Shown: positions 14,814 through 29,165 of the stretch, piece by piece
Position numbering within the stretch: the first letter of the stretch is position 1
How the letters are laid out: each line of letters begins with the position of its first letter
Origin: Piromyces finnis finn
Lineage: Eukaryota > Fungi > Neocallimastigomycota
Direction of reading: 5' to 3'
Length of the DNA: 64,000 nt
Assembly (NCBI GenBank): GCA_002104945.1
Contig: MCFH01000028.1
Span: 248,001-312,000, forward strand
Notes under the pieces: generated by a model
Told to the model about the DNA's origin: nothing
The model's database searches: none
The model's input: the letters and a program-made list of their open reading frames with translations, nothing else
Made by a program: the position numbers and the translations under genes

Positions 14814-15681
14814 AAACCAGTATAAATTTATAATATATATATTTTCGAGTATTTTTTTTTTATGAAGAAGAAAAAATTAATTTTAAAAAATCTTAAATTT
14901 TTTTTAAAGATTTTTTTTTTCTTCTTTTAATTAAAATCCTATATTTTATTTAAATTTTTATATATATAAATATTTTTTTTTCAAAACAACAGCAACAACA
15001 ACAAAAATTGAATAAGATTCTTATTAAAATAGATTTCTTTTCCTCAGAATAGAATTATTGTAATAAAGAAAATGTAATAATTATTTTTAAAGATTATAAC
15101 TTTTTTTTTCTATTGATTTTGTAGTTTTTTTTATTTTTCCTTTTTTATATACGTATAATAACAAAAATAAATTATTATTTAATCAATTTAAATATTGTAT
15201 ATAATATTTTAATCATAAACTTGCAAGTCATTAACTCTTTCTTAAGAAAAAAAAAAGAGTTTAATGGAGTTTTTAATTAAAATTTGAAATAAAAATTTAT
15301 TTTTCAAAATTTTAAAATGTTCAATATAAAATTTTTAATTGCAACACGTGTACTACATTAAATAACGAAAAAATCATATATTTATGTTTAAATAATAGGA
15401 ATAATTATCCAATTAAATAGGAAATTGATTTTAATAGTAAATTAATCTTTTAAAAGATTTAAGGTAACTTTTCTAAATTATTAATCAATTATCCAAATAA
15501 TAAAACAATATTTTTTTGTTATATTAATAAATAGAACAGTAACAATAACTAAAAGTAAATAATATTTTTTATTAGTAGTACTACCTTAAGTTTTAATATA
15601 AATATTAATTAATTGAAAATGAAATGAATAACCAACATTATTTTTCTTTCTTTCTTTTTTTTTTTTCAATATATAAAAAAG

Positions 15682-17633
15682 ATGGTTGAACATACATGTG
15701 AAAAGTCAGATTGTAATAACTCTGCCAAACTCAGATGCCCAACTTGGTATAAAGGATAATTTTTTTTATTTTTAATATTGTAAACTTTCTATTTTATATT
15801 TATATTGATTTTTATTTTATTAAACCAAATTTTAATGTTTAAAAATAAAGTAAAAAGAAGAATATTGAGGGTGGTTTCTTCTGTTCCCAAGAATGCTTCA
15901 AAGCTGCTTGGGTTGAACATAAGGCTGTCCACAATGGTAAATAATTACAAAAAAGCCCCCCCCATTATTTAATGTATAGTAAATTTTAATTTTAAAAATA
16001 AATGTATAAATATATTATAGTTGTTACTCCATACAATCCATTCCCAAATTATCATTTTACTGGTACTCTCAGACCAATTTACCCACTTTCACCAAAACGT
16101 GAAGTTCCAGCTCACATTGAATTACCAGATTATGCAGAAACAGGTATATTTTCAAAACCAAAAATTTATAATTTATTTAATAGTAAAATTTTGAAAAACT
16201 AAATGTAATATTAAATTAAAAAGGTTACCCAACATCCGAAATGCAAATTTCTGGAGATAAACAAATTGAAGTTATCACTGGTAAAGAATTAGAACTTTGT
16301 AGAAGAGCTTGTGAAGTAAATTTCATATATAACTAAAATGTGTCCTATAATAAAAAATCTCAATATTAAATAATACAATGTATATAATATATATTCTATT
16401 ATTATCAAATAAGATTACAAGAGAAGTTCTTGAAGAAGCTGGAAAAATAATTAGACCAGGAATTACCACTGATGAAATCGATAGAGTTGTTCATGAAGAA
16501 ACAATCAAGCGTGATGCTTATCCAAGTCCATTAAATTATATGAACTATCCAAAATCAGTATGTACATCTGTAAATGAATGTATTTGTCATGGTATTCCAG
16601 ATAACAGAAAATTAGAAGATGGTGATATTATAAATATTGATGTTTCTTGTTATTACAAGGGTTTCCATGGTAATAATATATATTAATTTTTGATGCTTTA
16701 TTAATTTCATAGTTAAAACAAGGAATAATATTAAAATTTTTTATTTTTTTAACAACAATAATAATTTTTTTATAAATAAACATTTTATTCTATTACAAAT
16801 TTTTTATAATTAGGTGATAGTAATAAAACTTTCTTAGTTGGTAAAGTCGATGCTAATGGTAAAAAGTTGGTAAATGTAACAAAGGAAAGTTTAAAGAGAG
16901 CTATTGAAATTGGTAAATACTATAAATAGATAAATAGATATAAATATAAATATATAAAAAAAAATATAATTTATATTAAAAAAAGTAATTTTTTATGTTT
17001 TAATATATTAGTTAAACCTGGTGTTCTTTATCGTGAAATTGGTAATGTTATTGAAAAGTATGTTAAGTCACAGGGTTTCAGTGTTGTTAGAACTTATTGT
17101 GGTCACGGTGTTCACAGACACTTCCATTGTCCACCAACTGTATGTCACTATGCTCATAATAAGACCTTTGGTGTAATGAAGCCAGGGTAATATTTTAAAG
17201 CAAATTTTTATAATATATATATTTTATATCTAAGAATATTCATAAAATAACCATCATTTTTATTTTATTCAATTTATAAATTTTATAAAGTCATATATTC
17301 ACTATTGAACCTATGGTTAATGAAGGATCATATAAGGACACTCAATGGCCAGATGTAAATATATATTTAGTATTTAAAATAATATATATATATATAATAT
17401 AATATCCTAATTACAAACAATTATATATTATTTAATAGGAATGGACAGCTGTTACAGTTGACGGAAAAAGATCAGGTAAATCATTTATAATATAAATATT
17501 TAAAGTTAATTTATTATAAAAGCTAATATGAATATTATATTTATATATATATTTAATAGCTCAATTTGAACACACTATTTTGGTTACCGAAACTGGTTGT
17601 GAAATTTTAACTGCTAAAGATAATAACTGGTAA
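15682..17633 (+). CDS. MAP1: Methionine aminopeptidase 1 with N-terminal zinc finger
   Basis: About 10 exons. Zn finger CEKSDC...CPTC...[19 protein letters not shown], then YPSPLNY...[35 protein letters not shown] and [18 protein letters not shown] with the MetAP metal ligands. Confidence 0.97.
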
Positions 17634-19059
17634 AAAAGAGGAAAAGTTATTTGAAAGAGAAAAATAAAAAAAAAAAAAGAGAATAAAAATAAAAAAAAAG
17701 AAATATTAATAATGTCTATTTTCGGTTAATACTTTAATTTGTATTAAACGTTATACCAATATAAGAATTAATATTAATTGAAAACTTTATGCTGTTATAA
17801 AAACAAAAATTCTTTTAAAGTGTATAAATATTATTTAAAAAGCATTTTTGAATTATAAATTAAAATTATTAAATAAAATAAAAACAAACAAATAAATAAA
17901 TAAAAAAAAAAAACTCTAATATAATCATTAAAACAATGGTCCTTTTTTAAAGGAAAAGAGAAAGACTTTACTTTTAATTTCTATAATTATTCTTTCTTAT
18001 TATTCTATTATTGTCTTTAGGAATATGATAACTATGATTATCTACATTTTACTGCCAAAATCACTTTATTTTTTAAACGCAGATTTCATATGCGCTAAGG
18101 TAAAACTTTTAATCTACAAAAAAATTAAATGAATAAAAGAAATAAAAAGTAAATAAATTTATATTTATTTATCAAATATAAATCATATCTATTTATATAA
18201 TAAATCAATTTTTATCTATCTTTCTATTAATTTATTTGTATTTATATTTATTTATTCATTTAATTTTTTAAAATGATAATGATTTTTTGAATGATACACT
18301 TTGATTATATATTTTGAATATAAATCAATATATGTTAATAATATAAAACAGTATTTAACAATATATGTATATCCATATATTATTATGGTGATCGATTTAT
18401 AATTTTTTTTTAAAATTTTATTCCAAGTTACTAAATGTTAAAAAATATATAAAATTTTCAAATTTAGCCAATCATCATTAAAGTAAAAATTTTAATTCTT
18501 TTATCTTTTCTTTAAACAATTTTTAAACCATATTTTAATTAAAAATTTGAAATTTTAATTTTTTTTTATTTTTTTTTAATTTTATATTAAAAAAACATTA
18601 TTTTAATGAAAAAGGTTAACTTTATATAAAGAAGTAACTATTCTTTAAACTATATTTCTATGAATAATAAATATAAAAATTCAATGAAATTAAAGTATAT
18701 TGATTATACTATATTTAATAATTATCACACTCCAAAAGTATAAATATTATAATTTATTAAATGTATATTTTATAACTTATCCTTGTAGGATAATAACACT
18801 TTGTCACTTTAATTTTCTATCATAATTAAAGTAATATCCTTTAATAAATCGAATTTTGATTGTTTATACCGCTTTTTCATATTAACAACAATATTGTATA
18901 TTTTGTTAATACCACACACACTCACACACACAATATAAAAACATTTATTAATGTTAAAACGAAAAAAGAATATATTCATTTTTTAATTTCTTTTTTTTAT
19001 TAAAATATTTATATAAATAATATTCATATTATAAATACATTTATAATATTTTTGTAAAA

Positions 19060-19091
<32 letters not shown>

Positions 19092-19247
19092 TATAAACAG
19101 CAAAAGATAATCGAAATCTTTATTACTTTTAATATATATATGTTTGAAATTAATACATTTTATGTAAAAAAGCATATTTATTAATAATAGTTGAAAAATT
19201 TCAATTTCAATATTCATATTTAATTATTTTCAGTATATATTTTAAAA

Positions 19248-21893
19248 ATGAGTAGTATATCATTTAACACAAATACTCCTTCACTATTCGAAAAAACAAA
19301 GATAAAAAAAATAAATGAAGTTTCTTCTTCATTATCATCTATTATTAAACAAAGCCCCCGCATGGAAAATGAGGGGAAACAACATGAAGAACATAAAACA
19401 GTAACAGATAAAAATGTATTTTCATATAATAAAAGTACAACACCAGCATATCAACAACAATTTGTTAATAATAAACCACCTCTTTATAATATAAAAAAGA
19501 GTAATACATTAAATGTGGGAGAAAAGAATGGAATCTTTTTGTTAAAGAATAAAGGTTTAAAATTAAATAGTTCATTTATTGAAACTAATGTCAATTCAAC
19601 AATTATTCAATCAAAATACCCAGGAATGACAACAGGTTCAATGCCAAATATAAGTAAATTGGATACTTCAACAGATAAAAATCGTCTTACTATACCCAGA
19701 AATATATATGAAAGTAAACAACCACTTTTCCCAGAAGCAAATTATCAAACTAAACATCATCATCACCATCATCACCACCACCACCATCATCATAGAAAAA
19801 TTAAAGGAAAAAGATGGGGAGGCGGTGGAGGTAGAAGTGTAACGCTTTCATGCGATGGTAGTGAATTTATCCATAAACATAATGAAAATATAATTGATCC
19901 AGATAAATATGAAGAAAGTTCAACAAAAACTAAAAATATTGATATTGTTATTACAGAAGAAAAAGAAGATTACTCGAATGTTCATCCTTTATCATTAATT
20001 TTAGAAAATTTAAATAGTTACCCATCTTATCATAGTTATAACAGTTACAATGATAAAAATACTAGTAAAAATTCTAATCCAGATTTATTATCATTAAAAA
20101 AGGACGATGCTGTTGCTATTCAACACTTTTTCCCTGATGGATGGGCATTTGGGTAATTATTAAAAAATCTATATATATATGTATAGTTAAAAGAAAGGAA
20201 TATAAAATATTATTTTACGGAAATTAACTAATTTATTTTATATTAAAAATTTATAGCTATCATCCAGCCTCTGGATCAAGTGGTATGTTTCCATTAAAGT
20301 GTATAAAAATGGCTGAAAGTGGAGGAACAGGAATTGTTATATTTCCACCGACTGAAACTGTAAATAATAATACCATTTTAAAAAAAAAATTTTTTTTCTT
20401 TTTTTTAAAAAAAATAAGCTAAAACAATTAAATAATAAATATTCACATAATTATTATATAAATATTTTAAAAATGAAAATTTAAAAATTCATTAGGATTT
20501 ATTAATGAGTGAACTGAAAGATAATGAATCCACTGAAAATGAACATAGCATAGTACCAAATATCCAAAATGATGACGATTCCTTAATAAAAGAAAGTGAA
20601 AAAAATTCAGATGGAGATAATCTCAATAAGGAAATTAATATATATAATGGAGAATTACATGATGATCAAGATTTATCATTTACATCCCCTATACCAATTC
20701 CATCATCTTCAAAATCAATAAGTTATGAAAGTTCCTTATCATCATCTTATTTATCATCTTCTTCAAACAATCCATCATCTTCATCCCTGACTTCAACAAA
20801 TAGTTCTTTATCTTCATCTTCTTTAGAATCCAACCAAGCCTTATTTTCACCTCCAATTGCTATCAATACAGAATTTAATCCAAATAATCCATTTAGTAAC
20901 CACTATAAAAATAGGCATTATTGGATGTCTGAGTCATTTTCTCCACAATCAGAGCCTACTTTATTGAATTATAGAAGCGACGAATCAAATCACATCATGA
21001 AAAAAAGTAGTTTATTTAAAAGTGCTAACAATAATTTAACAGATATTAATGATAATAGTAACAAATTAGTCAACGAAAAAAAAGAAAACGAAGATCAAAG
21101 TGGGGAAAGTAAAGAAATCAATAATACAAAGGATGGTAGAATAACAAAGAGTGATATAAAGGATAGTGATAACGACAATGATGATAACAAAATTTGTAGT
21201 AATTTATCTTTATTATCTCTTGATGAAAAATCAAATCAAATAGAAAAAGATTTAAAGAATAATACCTCTTCAACATCACAAGTGTCAAAAAGCCCAGAGT
21301 TACAAAAGATAAACTCCGAAATAGGAGTTGCTTCAAATGAAAAGGAAACAATTACAAAGCCAGCAATTTCACCTTCTTTCTTGCATGATAAAACATTACC
21401 ATTAACTTCAGAACAAACAGAAAATAGAAAAGGAGCCAATAATGAACTATTGATGGTTAAAGTTTCCATATTAGATGAATCCAACGTAGATAATACATTA
21501 CCAATAGCTAAAAGTAATAGTAATGAATTACCAATTCCATTATCATCGACATTACCAGTAGGTAATAATAATAGTAATGAATTACCAATTCCATTATCAT
21601 CGACATTACCAGTAGGTAATAATAATGGTAACGAATTACCAATTCCATTATCATCGACATTACCAGTAGGTAATAATAATAGTAATGAATTACCAATTCC
21701 GTTATCATCAACGTTATCAGTAACCGATAGTAATAGTAATGGATTACCATTACTTTCAGCTAGACCAAGAAGAAGACGTCAAAGAAAAGATTTATCGGAT
21801 TGTAACGAATTTCTTAAAAATAGATTATTAGATCCAGATTTGCCATTACAAATTCGTAAAAGGTATCAATATTACATTGATAATAATCTATAA
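19248..21893 (+). CDS. SH3-domain protein with His tract and Ser-rich low-complexity tail
   Basis: Exons 19248-20152, ~20259-20359 and 20496-21893 join in frame. SH3-like segment across intron 1: YPSYHSY...PDLLSLKKDDAVAIQHFFPDGWAFG|YHPASGSSGMFPLKCI. Confidence 0.75.
21516..21750 (+). repeat. Coding 54-bp tandem repeat (18 aa, ELPIPLSSTLPVGNNNSN), four units plus a partial unit
   Basis: Unit starts at 21525, 21579, 21633, 21687 and (degenerate) 21741, spaced exactly 54 nt. Confidence 0.92.
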
Positions 21894-22497
21894 ATTGAAA
21901 AAAAAAATAATAATACATCATTCATCATCACACTATCCTCCATTCCTCATTCCTAAATCATTTTTAATATTAAAAATATACATACACATATAGAAAAAAA
22001 AAAAAAAAATTAATAATGAATTAGACTATAAAAATTTGGGTATATTATAATGTTTTAAGTATTAGTTTTTAATTTTAATACTTATCTTTTATGTATACAT
22101 TATATGATATGTATATATAAAGGGAAAATATTTCTTTTTTTTAAATTATTAGAAAAAAAAAAAAAAAAAAAAATTAATAAAAAAGATAAATAATAAGAAA
22201 AAAAAAAAGTGTGTATAATTTAAATTTGAAATTTTAAAAATTATTTTGTATAAAGAAACATGGTTTATAACAACAAATACAAATTCTAACACTTTAACAA
22301 TAAGGAAAACTCTTTTTTTTTTTTTTAAATAAAATGATTTTATTATTTTTATGGTAAAAAGAAAAAGAAAGAAAGAAAAAAAAGTTTTTTTTTTTTTTTT
22401 TTTTGATGAATTTATATATAATAAAAAAGGAAAAAAGGAAAAAAAAGAATAGTCTTATTGACAAGAATTATTAATGACGATAAAGAAAAATATGAAG

Positions 22498-22533
<36 letters not shown>

Positions 22534-22671
22534 TATATATTTATATATATATATATTTTTTCTCTTCCTTTTTTTATTCTTTTATATATATAAAACTGGA
22601 AGTAAGGTTTAAAATTTGATTCAAAAAAAAAAAAAAAAAGTCAAAAAAGGGAAAAAAGAAAAAAGAAATTT

Positions 22672-22806
22672 TTATAAAATAAATTTTCTTGATTCTTCTT
22701 CAAAGTTATATTTTTTCCAAGGTTTCCAATAAATAACACTTAGAGCAATTCTTGAAGCATTTAAAATTAACGGTGATGAAGAAAGCATGGATAATCTTTT
22801 TAACTA

Positions 22807-22837
<31 letters not shown>

Positions 22838-22908
22838 TATATATAAAATTTATTATAAATATTTAATTTTATATATCTATTTAAAATTTTAAAATGTGTA
22901 TATATTAA

Positions 22909-22943
<35 letters not shown>

Positions 22944-25653
22944 AACAACCTTTGTAGAGCAATTTAATTCTATAATTTCTCTTCCAACTGGATCTTCCGC
23001 ACAATTTGTTAGAATCTTTTTTTTTTTTTTAAAAAAAATAAATATTATTAATATTAAATATCAATTAATTAATATATATATCAATAGTTTTATAGTATTT
23101 ATTATATATATTATTTATTGAATAAAATAATAAATGATTACTTTAATTAAGGATAATTGGAATGAAGGATCATTATCATCATTTAACATCCAAATAATTG
23201 AATGAATTCCATCTTTATTTAATATTTTTTTAGCATCACAATTTAATGATATCCTTTGAAAAAAAAATTATTATAAAGTTAAAAGAGGCGGATAAGGATT
23301 GTATATTAATAATATTTATAAATATTTATATATATAGGCGAAGAAACATACCACATTAAAGTACTTGCGGCTTCTCTTTTTAATTCTTCAGATGAAATTA
23401 CCATAAGTTGAACAAAAATATCAATTAAATTATGTTTACATGCTAGTTCTTTTCCTTCTTTATAAAAACTATTATTTTATAGATTAAAAAAAAAAAAAAA
23501 AAATTGAAATAATATTATTATTCATGCTTAATATACATATTTATATATTTTCATAAAAATAATAGAGTTATTTAATTTGTATAAAAAAAAAGTTTTATAT
23601 CATTTTTACCATAATGCTTGTACACATTTACAAGTAGCAATTCTAACATCTTCACTATTTGTACCAGATAATAATAAGTCTTTAAAAAAGACGATAATAT
23701 TTAATTTAATAGCTGCATAAGGCATTATTTTTGGTTTACCGTATCGTATACATTTAGCAATAATTTCTAATATGATAGCTTTTAAATTCATTTTTTCGTC
23801 TTCAATTAGTTTTACTAAACGATTAAATAAAAATAAGTTTAACACGGCATCGACACCATCTTGTGTTTCACAAAGTTTTAAAAATGTTTTATATGTATTT
23901 TTCCTGACAACTTCATCGGAATCGTAAAAACGACTGGATAATGTATTTAGTATACTTAATTTTTCTAAAATTTTTTGTCTACCATATACATGATCTTTGA
24001 TGTGTATTGAAAAAAAAAATTTTTATTTGTAAAACGACGATAGTAATTATCGTAGTGATTAGTAATTTATAATAGTGGTATTGGTTGTTGTAGAAGATAA
24101 TAGGTGTGGTAGGTAGTAGTATATTACATAGATAAAATAATAATAAAATATATTATTATAGAGAGATAAATAAGATTTAATAAAAAAAATAGGATTAAAA
24201 AAAATTTTTTTTTGTTAATATTTAAAAATATTATAGTGAAATATTCTAATTTAAATATTTACTTGAATGTAAATAGATTAATTCTGTAACTTTTTGTCTT
24301 ACTAAATCTTTTCTATCTTGTATCAATTTAATTGATTTAGATAAAACATCTTTTTTTTTTATATATATATTATTATTGGAAGTCATGGGTATAGTAGTGT
24401 GGTAGTAACAGTAAAATAATAGTTTGTAAAGAAATTTTTAATTTAATAAAAGAAACTACAAGTTAATAATATTAAATTATAAATTACTACTATTTTTATT
24501 AATGATATATATATATATATATAAAAAGAATAATCAACCTTCGACAAAACCAAGATAGATATTTTCTGGTTTATGGAACATTTGACATAAAATAATTAAG
24601 GCTTTTTGACTAATTACATCATTACTACTTAATATTTGAGTAACCTTTTTTTTTTTTTCCATTTCAATGTTTATTTTTTTTTTTAAAAAAAAATTAAGAT
24701 TATTAATATTATTTATAAATGATAAAAAAAAAAAGAAAAAGATTCAAAAGGTTTTAATTATCTTTTTTTTTTCTTACTAATTGAGGAATACCATCTCTTT
24801 CAAAAGCAACATCTGTCTTTGTTGGTAATAAATGTTGAGGTACAACAGGGTACTCTAATTCATTTCTTAAAAAATCATCATAATGAGGATGTTTTGGATT
24901 AATTAAATATTGAAAACGTATATTTTTAAATCTTTCTAATTCTTTATTTAACGCTTCTTCTCTTTCCTTTTCCTTTTTAATTCTTTCTTCCATTTCAGTT
25001 GTTTGGGATTCTTGAGTTTGAGTATTTCCTTCAATTAATGAAGTATCAATTTTTTTTTCACTTTCTTTATGAGAATCAAGAATTCTTTTTTGGGATTCTC
25101 TAGTTGATGGTCTTGTATTTATTGTTGTTTCTAAAATGACCATTGGTTTTTCTTTTTCTTCCTCCTCTTCAACATCTAATTGCAGTGAATCATTATTGAA
25201 AAAGGAATCATTGTCATTCAATGGATTATCTTTTTTTTTAAAATATATATATATATATAGATAGATAAATAGATAGATAGATAGATAGATATAAGTTTGG
25301 TTAATATAATTCAATTTAAAAAAAATAATATGATAAAAAGGCTAAATAGAAAATATATTTAAAAAAATAATATGATATTATATTATAATATTAACTATTG
25401 TCTGTAATTCTTTTTAATATTATTATACTTTTATTTTTATCTATTTTTTTTTTTTTTTCGCTTTCTTTTACAATTATTATTGTCTTTTTATATTATATAA
25501 ATTTCCAGTATTTGCTTAAAAATAATATTTAAAACTTTTTTATATATATCATGTATAATATATACCATTTGTATCAGGGAAGTTATTCATTTCTTCTTTT
25601 AAAGAAAGATTGTCCTCAGATATATTATTATGACTTAAACTTATATTACTCAT
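22672..25653 (-). CDS. RSPH14: Radial spoke head protein 14 (RTDR1), armadillo/HEAT-repeat flagellar protein
   Basis: Spliced translation PQHLLPTKTDVAFERDGIPQL|VTQILSSNDVISQKALIILCQMFHKPENIY...LIQDRKDLVRQKVTELIYL...VVRKNTYKTFLKL...ILTNCAEDPVG...NASRIALSVIYWKP is collinear with RSPH14 as recalled (TTAYGHRALPKL, RQKALMALCDLMHDPE, AARIAISVIEFKP). Start 25653, stop 22672-22674. Confidence 0.85.
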
Positions 25654-26231
25654 TTTTCTTTTTTTTTTTTTTTATTCTTTCAATATACACATTTACTGTT
25701 GTGATATTAATTTCTTAATATTTTTTTTATTACTGATTCTTAAGATAGTTTTTTATTATATATGTTAAAATGTGTGTATATTTGTTATTTATTTCTCTAA
25801 AATTGGCTAAATAGAACAATAAGAATAAAGAAAAAAAAAAAAAAGTCACTCATTTTTAAATTTTTTTTTTTTTTTATAAAATCTCGAGGAATTAAAAGTT
25901 TAAATAGTATTAAATTTAAAATTTTTATTATCATTTCAAAGATTAAAATTTCCTAAATGGAATTTATAAAATTTTATTTTATAATAAATCCCTCAAAACT
26001 TTTTTTTTATTATTATCATCATTTCTAAAAGGTGATAGCAAAGTAAAAGAATAATAATTATAAAAGTAATCTCTTTTTAAATTATTAACATTTATTTCTT
26101 ATGAGTAAAAAAAATTAAATTATTTATATAATATTAAAAAAAAAAAAAAATAAAAAATAAAAAAAATAATATAATGTATATATAAAAATAAAATAGTTTA
26201 TTCCTTATAACATTTTATAATATGACATTTC

Positions 26232-26263
<32 letters not shown>

Positions 26264-26795
26264 TTAAAAAAGAAATTTAATAATAAAAAAAAAAAATAAA
26301 AAAATCTTTTTTATTTACAATCCTTCAATAATAGTTTATTGAGAAATAGATAATCAATCATATAAAAGTAAAACTTTTACTTGAAATATATAGAATTAAA
26401 AGAAATAAAATAAATAAATAAAAAAAAAAGTTATTTAATAAAAAAAAAGATTTAAAAGAAAAGCCCCATATTTAATATAGCTTTCTGTAATAAAAATAAA
26501 AATATTTATTGAGGATATTTATAAAACTATATTTAAATATAAACAAAAAGTATAAAAGTTTAGTTTTTTTTTTTTTAAAAAAAAAAAAAAAAGAAAACAT
26601 ATAATATATATATATTATAATTATTAAATAGATAAATTTTTAATTTTCTTTTCGTTTCATTGTGAAAAAAAAAAAAAAAAGATCAAGGGTAAAAAAGAAT
26701 AATAAAATTTATATTTTTTTAATATTTATTTACAACCAGTTTTCAAACATTTTAATAGAATGAATTATTAAACTTTAAATACAAATAGTGTCTTA

Positions 26796-29069
26796 TTATT
26801 TTCTTTTTGTTTTAAAATCTACCTATTTAATTTTTTTTATAATAGTAAAAATATATATAAATAATAGATTAATATTTAATTTATTTTTATTATAATATAA
26901 ATTCATTTTATTATTTTTATGCATTAAATGTATTTACCATTTCCATGCATCATGTTGTTATTATTATTGGAATTAGGATTATTCATGTTGTTATTAAAGT
27001 TATTGGGATTTGGATGACCATTCATATTATTATTCATATTCATATTATTCATATTCATATTATTCATTTTCATGTTATTCATATTATGGTTATTATTATT
27101 TATATTCATGTTATTCATATTATGGTTATTATTATTTATATTCATATTATTCATGTTATGATTATTATTATTTATATTCATATTATTCATATTATGGTTA
27201 TTATTATTTATATTCATGTTGTTCATATTGTTATTATTATTACTGTTGTTATTGTTGTTATTGTTGTTGTTGTTGTTGTTGTTACCGTTCATAGGCATAT
27301 TATTTATAGGTATATTATTCATAGGCATATTATTCATATTACCATGGTTCATATTCATAGCATTCATATTATTACCATTCATATTCATGTTATTCATATT
27401 ACCATTATTTATGTTCATGTTATTCATACCACCATTCATATTTACATTATTCATATTGTTCATACCGTTCATATTGATGTTATTTATATTACCGTTATTC
27501 ATGTTCATATTATTCATATTATTACCGTTCATATTCATATTACCATTCATATTATTATTGTTGTTACTATTTATGTTCATATTATTCATATTGTTCATGT
27601 TATTCATGCCATTATTATTCATGTTGTTGTTCATATTATTCATATTCATATTATTTATGTTATTCATGTTATTCATACCATTATTATTATTCATATTATT
27701 ATTCATATGGTTCATATTATTCATGTTGTTCATGTTGTTCATATTATTCATATGACTCATATTATTTATATGATTCATATGATTCATGTTGTTCATATTA
27801 TTCATATTATTCATGTTATTCATATTGTTCATACTGTTCATATTATTCATATTGTTCATGTTGTTCATATTATTCATATTATTCATGTTATTCATGTTAT
27901 TCATATTGTTCATACTGTTCATATTATTCATGTTATTCATATTATTCATGCTATTCATGCTATTCATGTTATTCATATTATTCATATTATTCATATTGTT
28001 CATACTGTTCATGTTATTCATATTGTTCATGTTGTTCATGTTGTTCATGTTATTCATGTTGTTCATTCTATTTATATTATTCATATTATTCATATTATTA
28101 TCCATATTAATATTTTTACGATTCATTCCTGCTACATCCATATTTTTATTTAATTTTTGAATTTTATTTTTATAATCCATTTCGTTATTGGAGTTTTTAT
28201 CGTAGGGAGGATGAGGGTGAGGATGATTTTGAGTAGGTGTAAAAACAGGTCTTGCCGATTTAGTAAAGAAAAAGTTGTTATTTGATGAACTAGATGATGT
28301 ATCATTTGACTGAGAGATACTTCTTCTTCTATTTAGAGGCTGATTTCCGTTCATATTTTGACGATATGGTGGTGGTTGGGATTGTGGTTGGGGTTGTATT
28401 GGTGTTAATTTAGCAGATTGAATAGGTGTTTGGGGTTGTGACATATATCCTTGAGGTTTAATATTAATATTTATGTTGTTATTATTACCATTACTATTAT
28501 TTGCATTATGAGGTTTATCTATAAGGAAAAAGGAGAAAGAAACACGAATTTTATATATTTCAATGATTATATAAAACAACAATAGTAATAATAGCAAAAT
28601 GAGATAAATGTTAATAATAATATTAATAAACATATAAAATAATATAAAGAAAAATATAAGATGAAATATATCGTGATAAGTAATATCTAAAATGAATATA
28701 TTATTATTATATGTATATATTCATTTAAAAGTGATAATAGTATTTTGCATTTCACCTACATTCGTGATTAATATTTTTGTTCATCATAGGGATATTTTGA
28801 TTAGAGGATGGACTACTTTTAATATTTTGTCTTTTACCATTATTATTATTATTATTATTGTTGTTGTTGTTGTTGTTGTTGTTACTATAAAATAAGAATG
28901 TTAGATAATTTTCAATGTAATTCATTTCTCTTATAGTTTTATAGTAGTATTCAAATTCATTTTTACTAATTGCCTGGTTTAAAGAACTTTCATTGTAATT
29001 TAATTCTCTTTTAGTTTTATAGTAGTATTCAAATTCATTTTTACTAATTGCCAGGTTTAAAGAACTCAT
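26796..29069 (-). CDS. Asn/Met-rich low-complexity (prion-like) protein
   Basis: Exon 29069-28760 joins exon 28518-26938 by a phase-1 GT-AG intron. More than 350 residues of MNN/NNM repeats follow a Pro/Gln/Ser segment containing RRRSIS. The start codon and the short last exon (~26818-26796) are tentative. Confidence 0.65.
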
Positions 29070-29131
29070 GATGAATGTTTTTTTAGTTTTTAGGATAAAA
29101 AGGTGTAGGTATTATACAAAAGAATGTAATG

Positions 29132-29165
<34 letters not shown>

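Noticed and set aside
26945-28160. His/Ile/Val-rich, Tyr/Ser-rich and Leu/Phe/Ile-rich plus-strand ORFs
   Set aside because: Antisense shadows of the MNN-repeat exon, kept open by the repeat structure.
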